Assembly: GCA_964477545.1 (NCBI GenBank) | Contig: CAYZEJ010000001.1 | Span: 11 to 64,010, forward strand | From: an uncultured Anaerolineaceae bacterium | GTDB lineage: Bacteria; Chloroflexota; Limnocylindria; Limnocylindrales; CSP1-4 | DNA length: 64,000 nucleotides | Direction of reading: 5' to 3' | Shown here: one piece after another, positions 57,108-64,000 of the stretch | Layout of the letters: each line of letters opens with the position of its first letter | How positions within the stretch are numbered: the first letter of the stretch is position 1 | Notes under the pieces: model-generated | Database searches by the model: none | What the model saw: the letters and a program-made list of their open reading frames with translations, nothing else | What the model was told of the DNA's origin: nothing | Program-made: the position numbers and the translations under genes

Positions 57108-58619
57108 ATGTCGATGCTGGACCTGCGCGACTTCGTCGCGGCAGTCGAGAGAGAGCTGCCGGACAAGGTGGTTCACGTCGATCGGCCGGTGAATCCCGCC
57201 GACTTCGAGGTGACGGCGATCCTGCAGCAGCTCGAGGATGCCGGCCGCAATCCGATGGCGCTGTTCCATCGGCCTCTCAACCTCTTCGGCGAGGTCTCGA
57301 AGTTCCCGCTCCTGACCAATGTCTTTGCCGAGCGCGAACGGTGCGCCCTCGCCCTCGGGATGCCGCCGTCGGAGTCGAAGTTCCCGCTCAGTCTCGAGTA
57401 CGGCCGGCGCGAGAAGGAACGCATTCCGCCCACGGTGGTGCCGGTGTCCGAGGCACCCGTCAAGGACGTCGTGCAGTTCGGCGACGAGGCCGACCTGCGC
57501 CAGTTCCCCATAGTCCGACACCACCACATGGACCCGGCGGCCTACATTGACATGACCCCGATCATGCGCGACCCGGACACGGGCGCGTACAACGCCGCGT
57601 ATCTGCGCATGATGTACAAGGGCCCGCGTCGGCTGGGGCTGCACATGTCGCCGCGACACAACTGGCAGATCACCCGAAAGCACGAGGAGCGCGGCCTGCC
57701 GACTCGCGTTGCGATCGTGGTCGGCCACCACCCGGCGTTCTTTCTGGGGACGCTCAACGTCGCGCCGTTCGGTGACGACGACTACGAGGTCATCGGCGCG
57801 GTGGCCGGCCAATCGCTTCGGCTCACGCCGTCGGCCACCTGGGGCGACGAGTTCATGATCCCGGCCGACGCGGACATAATCATCGAGGGTGAGATCCCTC
57901 CGGGTGTGCGCGAGGTCGAGGGCCCCTTCGGCGAGTTCCCGGGGACCTACGGGCCGCAGCGCCTGCGCTGGGTCATCGACGTGACGGCCATCAACCACCG
58001 CCACAATGCGATCTACCAGGACGTGTTCGTCGGCCACGCCGATGACTGGATCCAGGGCGGCCTGCCCAAAGAGGCCAGGATCTACAACCGGATCAAAGGC
58101 GTCGTGCCCTCAGTCACCGCCGTGCATCTGCCGGTTTCGGGCGTCTGCAGGCTGCACTGCAACGTTTCCATTGACAAGAAGGTCGATGGTGAGTCGAAGC
58201 AGGCCGCCTTCATCGTCCTCGGCGAAGTCGACATGATCAAGCACGTCTTCATCGTCGATGCGGACATCGATGTGTTCGACGATCGCCAGGTGCTGTGGGC
58301 CGTAGCGACGCGCGTTCAGGCAGATCAGGCCATCGACATCATCAAGAATGTCAAAGGCAATACGCTCGACCCGTCCCAGACGGACCCGATCATGACGACC
58401 AAGATGATCGTGGACGCCACGAAGCCGGTGCAGCGCCCATTCTCGGAGCGCATCATGGTCCCCGAAGAGGCGAAGCAGCGGGTGCCGATCGCGGAATTCG
58501 TCAGGGAGAGCGGGGAGCAGCCAGCATACGAGCCAGACACGGGCGCGGACTCGCAGGACGAGGCAGGGGAGGCAAGCGCTGCCGAGCCCGTGGTGGCGAC
58601 GCGCGGCGGGGGGGCCTGA
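57108..58619 (+). CDS. UbiD-family decarboxylase (paralog 3; VdcC/BsdC-like hydroxyarylic acid decarboxylase type)
   Basis: EGPFGEFPG motif. RBS GAAGGAGG 7 nt before ATG 57108. Followed by a small Cys-rich ORF. Confidence 0.9.
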   Translation: MSMLDLRDFVAAVERELPDKVVHVDRPVNPADFEVTAILQQLEDAGRNPMALFHRPLNLFGEVSKFPLLTNVFAERERCALALGMPPSESKFPLSLEYGRREKERIPPTVVPVSEAPVKDVVQFGDEADLRQFPIVRHHHMDPAAYIDMTPIMRDPDTGAYNAAYLRMMYKGPRRLGLHMSPRHNWQITRKHEERGLPTRVAIVVGHHPAFFLGTLNVAPFGDDDYEVIGAVAGQSLRLTPSATWGDEFMIPADADIIIEGEIPPGVREVEGPFGEFPGTYGPQRLRWVIDVTAINHRHNAIYQDVFVGHADDWIQGGLPKEARIYNRIKGVVPSVTAVHLPVSGVCRLHCNVSIDKKVDGESKQAAFIVLGEVDMIKHVFIVDADIDVFDDRQVLWAVATRVQADQAIDIIKNVKGNTLDPSQTDPIMTTKMIVDATKPVQRPFSERIMVPEEAKQRVPIAEFVRESGEQPAYEPDTGADSQDEAGEASAAEPVVATRGGGA

Positions 58620-58623
58620 TCAC

Positions 58624-58872
58624 TTGGCCACGATCTTCTACGTCCATTGCCCGCGCTGCAACGGCAAGTTTCCCTGCCACCAGGAGTTGTGGCAGGTCGA
58701 GTACTCGCTGCTCTGTCCGTTCTGCCAGCTGAGCTTCCACCAGGAAGAGAGCCCGCTGATCATCTCCGCGACTGGCGAACGGAAGCCTGGTTCGCGCATC
58801 AAAAGCTTCGCCGCGATCGCTGCGCCGGTCGATGGCGACGTTGACCCGTCGGCGAACGCCGAGTCCATGTAG
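58624..58872 (+). CDS. Small Cys-rich zinc-ribbon protein (82 aa), candidate BsdD/VdcD-like partner of the UbiD decarboxylase
   Basis: TTG start 4 nt after the UbiD stop. CPRCNGKFPC...CPFCQ motifs. Analogy to the small D subunits of bsdBCD/vdcBCD-type operons is inferred from position and size, not from sequence recall. Confidence 0.5.
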   Translation: MATIFYVHCPRCNGKFPCHQELWQVEYSLLCPFCQLSFHQEESPLIISATGERKPGSRIKSFAAIAAPVDGDVDPSANAESM

Positions 58873-58909
58873 CCCCGCCTCGTCAGTCGCCGATCAAACG
58901 TTGGCGGGC

Positions 58910-60013
58910 TCAGGGATGGACGTCCTCCAGGAACCAGTCGGTGGGGATCTCCCTGCCTATGCCGCGTTCGCGTGCCCGCTCATAGGCGAGCGCGGCCACT
59001 GCCGCGAACTGGAGGCCCGTGCCAATGGTGTTAACAAAGCAGGTGTGAGCTGCTGACTGCGGTGCAGGCACCCGGCCGCTGATGAGCTCGGCGAGGTCGG
59101 GCTGGCGGGTCAGGTCGACCGTGCCTGCCTGCCGCTGGGCACGCAGTGACTTCGCGTCGTCGTTCACGCCCTCTTCCGGATCATGGGCATAGATCGGTTG
59201 CTCGCCCATGCCCACAACATAGTTGGCCGGTCGATCCGCACGCGTGTGGACGACAACCTGCGCGGCGCGCTCCAGCACTCCGGGACCCAGTTCCAGCTCC
59301 TTCACGCACGTGACATGGGCATGGGGCTTCAGCCAATCCGCCTCGATCACCGGGGTGATGCTGTTCGTGGCGCTGCCGACGATGTCTGCGCCCTCGGCAG
59401 CCTCGCGCGCAGATCCCGCCGGCCTCACACTGATGCCCAGCTCCTGGGCGAGCTCTGCCGCGACGCGCTCGCGATTGGCTCGATTCGGGCTGAAGACGCG
59501 GATCTCCTTGATCGGTCGCACCGCGCACATGGCCCACGCCTGAGCGTGCGCCTGCCAGCCTGATCCCAGGAGGCCGTACGTTTCGGCTCGCTCGACGGCC
59601 ATGTAGCGCGCCGCAAGCGCGTTCGTGCCGGCGACGCGCATCCGTTGCATCACGCCGTCGGGCATGATGGACAGGGGCTCGCCGGTTCGCGTACTGAACA
59701 GCAGGACGAGTCCGACGTACTTGCCGTTGCCGGCCGCCGGGTGCTTCTCCTTGCGAACGCCGTCCTTGGCCACCCGCCAGCGGATCACGTCGGAGTTGAG
59801 CCGAAGGACGGCCACCTCGCGGATCGGGAGCATGCCGTCCATGGTTTTGAAGACGTACCTGCCGTTCTCGTCGCTCGGACCGAACATGTCGCTTCGTGGC
59901 CTGCTGATCGCGCGCCGTTCGGCCAGCTCAACGTAGCTCTCGTGGAGGCGCTCGATGCATTGATCGATGTGAAGGAGCGCGGCTATTTCGTCGTTGTCCA
60001 GCAACAGCGTCAT
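58910..60013 (-). CDS. Ornithine cyclodeaminase / mu-crystallin family protein (paralog 2)
   Basis: OCD family (LLGSGWQAHAQ Rossmann region). Confidence 0.85.
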   Translation of the reverse strand: MTLLLDNDEIAALLHIDQCIERLHESYVELAERRAISRPRSDMFGPSDENGRYVFKTMDGMLPIREVAVLRLNSDVIRWRVAKDGVRKEKHPAAGNGKYVGLVLLFSTRTGEPLSIMPDGVMQRMRVAGTNALAARYMAVERAETYGLLGSGWQAHAQAWAMCAVRPIKEIRVFSPNRANRERVAAELAQELGISVRPAGSAREAAEGADIVGSATNSITPVIEADWLKPHAHVTCVKELELGPGVLERAAQVVVHTRADRPANYVVGMGEQPIYAHDPEEGVNDDAKSLRAQRQAGTVDLTRQPDLAELISGRVPAPQSAAHTCFVNTIGTGLQFAAVAALAYERARERGIGREIPTDWFLEDVHP

Positions 60014-60060
60014 GACTCAGTCCACCTCCTTCACTCCGAGCGATTGATACCAAGGCTCGC

Positions 60061-61089
60061 CTATTCGGCGGGCTCCCACGCGATCGTGCTCGGCGCGAAC
60101 AGATCCTCGAGCGCGATATCCGTTGTCGTGAGCCCCTGCTCGCGACTGTGCCGTATCAACCGCTCCAGTGCCACGCGGTTGGCCCTGATCCCGTAGGGGA
60201 ATGGATCCGGCCCAAACCACGACTTCACCTGGGCAAGGAACTCCCAGCGAAACACGAGACCCAGCGGCACGGACTCGACCGGGTCCTTTTCGGCCAGCGC
60301 CTTTGCCTCCAGGAACGCCTGGTAGATGTTGAGCGCGAGCCAGGGATGTTTCCGCGCGAGCTCGCCGCGGATCACGTACGTGTGGTTAATCGGGATGAAC
60401 CCGTGCGCTTCGAAGAAGCGCCGGCCCTCGGCGATCCCGTCGCCGAACGCGGGAACGACCGTGCTCCAGTCGCCCGAGCCCTGGATGCGCTGCGAACGCT
60501 CGATGACGTTGTCGGCGCCGACCGTCCGGTTGGGGCGGACGAAAGCCGCGTCCAGCTTGCCACCGAGGAGCATCGAGGCGAGGCTCTCGTCGGGCGGAAT
60601 TCGCTTGAGCGAGATGCCCATAGGTGGGGCGAAGCCGGTCGCCCCGCCGTGACTCGTCGACTCGCCACGCTCCATGAACCAGCTGATCGACGACGGCTTA
60701 ACGCCGAAGTCGTGCTCGAGCACCGCCCGAAGCCAGACGGCCGCGGTCTGCTGATACTCCGGTACGCCGACCCGCTTGCCGGCCAGATCGGACGGCTTGT
60801 GGATGTTGGCGTCCGCGCGGGCGTCGAGCTCGATCTGGAAGAAGCGCCGTGACGGAAACGCGGGGATCGCGACGAGGTCGATCCCGCGCTCTTTAGCCAT
60901 CAGGAACGACGACAGGGACATCTCCGAAACGTCGAAGTCGGCGAACCGGAGTTGGCGCCAGAAGATCTCACCGGGGTGGCCGATGGTGGGGATCAATTCG
61001 ACCCCGTCAGGACGGACGATGCCGTCGACGAGAGGTCGGACGCGCTCGTTGATTCGCGTCGCGAAGGAAAGCTGCAAGCGCTTCATCAA
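60061..61089 (-). CDS. PhtD-like protein (paralog 4)
   Basis: Same NMT1-related family as the other three paralogs. No signal peptide. Confidence 0.65.
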   Translation of the reverse strand: MMKRLQLSFATRINERVRPLVDGIVRPDGVELIPTIGHPGEIFWRQLRFADFDVSEMSLSSFLMAKERGIDLVAIPAFPSRRFFQIELDARADANIHKPSDLAGKRVGVPEYQQTAAVWLRAVLEHDFGVKPSSISWFMERGESTSHGGATGFAPPMGISLKRIPPDESLASMLLGGKLDAAFVRPNRTVGADNVIERSQRIQGSGDWSTVVPAFGDGIAEGRRFFEAHGFIPINHTYVIRGELARKHPWLALNIYQAFLEAKALAEKDPVESVPLGLVFRWEFLAQVKSWFGPDPFPYGIRANRVALERLIRHSREQGLTTTDIALEDLFAPSTIAWEPAE

Positions 61090-61117
61090 ACCTCCTGTCA
61101 GGCACTCTCGATGGGAA

Positions 61118-62476
61118 TCAGAGCGAGACGGCGGCGGTCAACGCGGCGATCGACGGCGACGACTCGAGTGAATCGACGGCTGCGACGATCGACGAGACGC
61201 GGTCGCTGAAGCCGATCGCGACGGCGGACCGGTCGAGCTTCTGCCGGACCTCGTCGGCCGAGAGTGGCCGCCGCGGATCGCCCGGTGGGATGTCCACCTG
61301 TTGCACGAACTCTCGGCCCGCCCGGTCGCGCAGAGTCACCCGGGCGCCGGTCGTTGCCAGGGTTGCGTCCTCCGCGACGACAACGGACTCCGTAGCGAAG
61401 AGTCCGACTCCCGCATCGGCTCGCCGCTCGTCGGCCGTCTGATCGAGCCATGCCTCGCCGTCCGCGAGGACAACCGCAACGGTCCAGCGCGCCGACTGGA
61501 GCGCGGCGAGGCGTGTCTGCCAGCCTGAGCTGCCGTTCAGGGAGAAGGCGCGCGGCGGAAGGTTGACGCGCACGTCGGCAACAGTGGCAAGCCCGGCGGC
61601 CCCAATGGGCAAACCGAGCTGGCCGCGTATGGCGAGCGTGGCATCAATGACCGGCTGAAGCGAGCTCGCGCCCGGCCAGCGCCGCAGCGCTATCGACTCA
61701 AGGAGGTAGTCCGAGCCCAAGCGGTCTGTGAGGCGTTCCATGCGGCCGGTATCGGCGTACGCCGCGAGGAGCCCGCCGCGAGTGGCCGTCAGAGCCGCTT
61801 CCGAGGCGTCGATGCCCGCAGCAGCGAGCTCTGCCGAAAGTAAGCCCGACACCCCGCCGCGGGCCTGATGAACCTTGACACCGCTCGTGCCCAGCGCCGC
61901 AAAGGTGCCGGCCGCTTGACTCGCCGCATGCCCAATCGCGAAGCGGACGCCGCGCCCGTCGAGCCGTGCCACGCGCGCGGCGGCGCATGCTGCGCCGATC
62001 GCGCCCGCGATGCCAGGGTTGTGCCACCCGCGCGCCTCATACGCGTCAGTGTGCAGAGCCTCAGCGACACGGACGGAGACCTCCATCCCCGCCGCAATAC
62101 CGGCGAGCACATCAGCGCCGGTGGCTCCATGCAGCTCGGCGGCGGCAAGTGAGGCGGGCAAGACTTCAGGCAACACGTGCGTCAGCGTCTCGCGGTGCAC
62201 GTCGCCCAGCGTCGGGGCCGCGATCTGGAAACCGTTGAGCATCGCGGCGCCGCCAGCAGCTCTCGGTGTCCCGGCCAGCACCGTCGACGTGCCAGTTCCG
62301 AACACAGACTCGGCCACCGACTCCATCTCGGAATGGTGCTCGGCGAGCACTCCGGCCAGACCGCACGCGAGGGCATCCAAGATGTGCAGCCGTACGCGCT
62401 CCAGGATGCCCGGAGGCATGTCCGCCGGCCGAAGGCTGGAGACGAACTCGGACAGAGTTTCCTCGGCGGTCGTCAC
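61118..62476 (-). CDS. MmgE/PrpD family protein (2-methylcitrate dehydratase / cis-aconitate decarboxylase family)
   Basis: MmgE/PrpD N-terminal region (LHILDALACGLAG). GTGA overlap with the upstream LLM gene. Confidence 0.85.
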   Translation of the reverse strand: MTTAEETLSEFVSSLRPADMPPGILERVRLHILDALACGLAGVLAEHHSEMESVAESVFGTGTSTVLAGTPRAAGGAAMLNGFQIAAPTLGDVHRETLTHVLPEVLPASLAAAELHGATGADVLAGIAAGMEVSVRVAEALHTDAYEARGWHNPGIAGAIGAACAAARVARLDGRGVRFAIGHAASQAAGTFAALGTSGVKVHQARGGVSGLLSAELAAAGIDASEAALTATRGGLLAAYADTGRMERLTDRLGSDYLLESIALRRWPGASSLQPVIDATLAIRGQLGLPIGAAGLATVADVRVNLPPRAFSLNGSSGWQTRLAALQSARWTVAVVLADGEAWLDQTADERRADAGVGLFATESVVVAEDATLATTGARVTLRDRAGREFVQQVDIPPGDPRRPLSADEVRQKLDRSAVAIGFSDRVSSIVAAVDSLESSPSIAALTAAVSL

Positions 62477-63411
62477 ATTGAGAAGGATTCGCGGACGGCG
62501 TCGGCGAGCTCGCGCTGCGCGCTCCGGTACGGCCCGACCACATCCACCTGGAATCGGCGCATCACATGCTGCATGTCGTCCGAATCGGAGTTGGCCTCGA
62601 ACACGACAACGAACTCGTCCACGCCGATCTCATCGAACGCAAGCAGCTCCTGAACCATTGTCTGAGGGGCGCCGTGGAGGCTGTAGACCGGACCTGGCGG
62701 GGCGTCGAACCTGACCCTGGAGCGGACCGACAGTGCGGGCCGCGGCCGACCGGCCGCGCGCGCCCGTTCCAGCAGGACGCGCCACCGCTCGCGCAGGTCC
62801 TGAGGCCCCGTTTGGCTGGCGTGGTAGCCGTCGCACAGCGTCGCGGCACGGGTGAGGGCAGCGTCGGAGCGCCCACCCATCCAGATCGGCAGCGCCGCCC
62901 CCTGGGGTGGCAGGGGATCGAATACGAACCCGTCCAGTCGGTGAAACCGACCCTCGAACGGCTCGGTCCGACCGGCCCACAGGTGCCGCCACAGCGCGAT
63001 TGTCTCGTCCAGGTAGGCACCCCGATGGTTCATGCGATCGGCCTTGCCGAGGTTGCCCCACTCCGGTGCGTCCGTCCGGTCGCCGACGCCCACGCCCACG
63101 ATCAGCCGCCCGCCGCTGAGAACGTCGATCGTGGCAAGCTCCTTGGCCAACTGCGGTGCATCCCGCATCGCTGGGACGACGACGCTCGTGCCGATACGCA
63201 GGGAAGAGTGACGCCCCGCAACCCATGCGAGGGTCGTGACAGCCTCGAGGATGGAGCCATAGGTCGCCGCTTCGGCTCTGGGTGAAACAAGCATGTGATC
63301 CGTCGCCCAGACACTCGACCAGCCGAGGCTCGAGGCAGTCGCAGCGGCGTCATCGACGGCCGCCGGGGACACCCGTTTACCCATGGTCGGGAGGATGAGG
63401 CCGAAGCGCAT
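62473..63411 (-). CDS. LLM-class F420/flavin-dependent oxidoreductase (paralog 3, Rv2161c-like)
   Basis: MRFGLILPTMG start at 63411. The track ORF extends to 63462. Confidence 0.8.
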   Translation of the reverse strand: MRFGLILPTMGKRVSPAAVDDAAATASSLGWSSVWATDHMLVSPRAEAATYGSILEAVTTLAWVAGRHSSLRIGTSVVVPAMRDAPQLAKELATIDVLSGGRLIVGVGVGDRTDAPEWGNLGKADRMNHRGAYLDETIALWRHLWAGRTEPFEGRFHRLDGFVFDPLPPQGAALPIWMGGRSDAALTRAATLCDGYHASQTGPQDLRERWRVLLERARAAGRPRPALSVRSRVRFDAPPGPVYSLHGAPQTMVQELLAFDEIGVDEFVVVFEANSDSDDMQHVMRRFQVDVVGPYRSAQRELADAVRESFSM

Positions 63412-63456
63412 GTGCTGACGAGCTCCCACTCGATGCTGCCAAATTGTGCGCGTCTG

Positions 63457-63470
63457 GCACAAAGGCGGAA
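63457..63470. promoter_or_regulatory. Inverted-repeat motif GGAACGATTGTTGC (site 9, one mismatch)
   Basis: About 50 nt upstream of the LLM-PrpD-PhtD-OCD operon start, in the region shared with divergent apt. Confidence 0.45.
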
Positions 63471-63755
63471 CGATTGTTGCACGCGCGCGCGGGGCTCGGC
63501 GCGCTCACCCTAGGTCGGGGCCTGGGGCGAGCATATGGAGGCCACCCGCGTGGGCCAGACGGCGGCTGTGAGCGCGGTCGAAATGATCCGCTGGGAGCTG
63601 CGGCGACGCTAGTCGCGCGATCGACCACGCGAAATCGTGGAAATCCACAGACTATTGACCTGCCGGGCGTGCGAGGCGCTGCGCTAGACTGACGCCGCCC
63701 AAAGACCCAGCCGGGCATATCCATCCTGGCCCCATTCGAGAGGCGATCCCAGCCC

Positions 63756-64000
63756 GTGTCCGCCGACGACCTGCGCGCGAAGATTCGCGAGATCCCCGAC
63801 TTCCCCAAGCCGGGCATCCTCTTCTACGACATCACCACCCTGCTCAAGGACGCCGGCGCGTTCAAGGAATCGATCCAGCTGATGCTCGAGCCATTCCGCG
63901 GCAAGCACGTGGATCTCGTCGTGGGCATGGAATCGCGCGGTTTCATCTTCGCCGCTCCGATGGCGACCGAGCTTGGCGCAGGCTTCGTGCCGGTCCGCAA
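63756..64000 (+). CDS. apt: Adenine phosphoribosyltransferase (3' partial)
   Basis: GTG start. [25 protein letters not shown] and [14 protein letters not shown] PRTase motifs. Runs off the window end. Confidence 0.8.
   Translation, partial: MSADDLRAKIREIPDFPKPGILFYDITTLLKDAGAFKESIQLMLEPFRGKHVDLVVGMESRGFIFAAPMATELGAGFVPVR

Noticed and set aside
9300-63500. Mobile-element origin of the island (transposase, integrase, tRNA target, flanking direct repeats)
   Set aside because: No transposase-like or integrase-like ORF, no tRNA and no terminal repeats recognised by eye. The region is classed as accessory on content and gene-decay scars only.
1-64000. rRNA, tRNA or riboswitch candidates in intergenic regions (3902-4195, 16684-16944, 42185-42373, 47022-47484)
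   Set aside because: No cloverleaf-compatible segment or known riboswitch consensus recognised. This cannot be excluded without a covariance-model scan.

Overview
High-GC (roughly two-thirds G+C) bacterial chromosomal segment. Lipoprotein-type substrate-binding proteins with Ala/Thr/Pro-rich linkers and several luciferase-like (F420/flavin) oxidoreductases suggest a monoderm Actinobacteria- or Chloroflexi-like host. Positions 1-9300 are conserved housekeeping genes: the rpsU tail, a GatB/YqeY protein, a 7TM-HD (PgpH-like) protein, ybeY, a DUF1684 protein, a Phd/RelE-type toxin-antitoxin pair, pth and mfd. A truncated ABC permease remnant at 9330-9611 marks the start of a ~54 kb accessory catabolic island that runs to about 63.4 kb, with apt resuming core content at the 3' end. 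The island is built from repeated enzyme families. It carries three UbiD-family decarboxylases, one of them decayed, plus a distant UbiX (prFMN synthase). There are four cytoplasmic PhtD-like (4,5-dihydroxyphthalate-decarboxylase family, NMT1-fold) paralogs. There are three LLM oxidoreductases, two ornithine-cyclodeaminase/mu-crystallin paralogs and an MmgE/PrpD protein. Two paralogous MFS exporters/importers have conserved promoter blocks. Two thiolase+DUF35+beta-oxidation-like modules resemble the Bbs pathway, including an adjacent pair of family-III CoA-transferase subunits. A 13-gene translationally coupled CoA-dependent operon contains an acyl-CoA dehydrogenase, a CoA-transferase, a MaoC hydratase, a CitE-like lyase, an aldehyde dehydrogenase, a TPP enzyme, an embedded RpiR regulator, two more CoA-transferases, a crotonase, a thiolase and DUF35. 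The island also holds a TctCAB tripartite transporter and an NMT1/SsuA-like ABC importer with two distinct permeases. A xanthine-dehydrogenase-family molybdoenzyme has fused FeS and Moco subunits, an FAD subunit, a coupled 106-aa unknown protein and a DUF1989 protein. RidA and a LivKHMGF-type ABC transporter follow. A recurring inverted-repeat DNA motif, GCAAC-N4-GTTGC, occupies at least eight promoter or intergenic positions across the island and points to a single unidentified regulator controlling it. No rRNA, tRNA, CRISPR array, transposase or integrase was recognised. Many long antisense 'shadow' ORFs in the six-frame track are high-GC artefacts.
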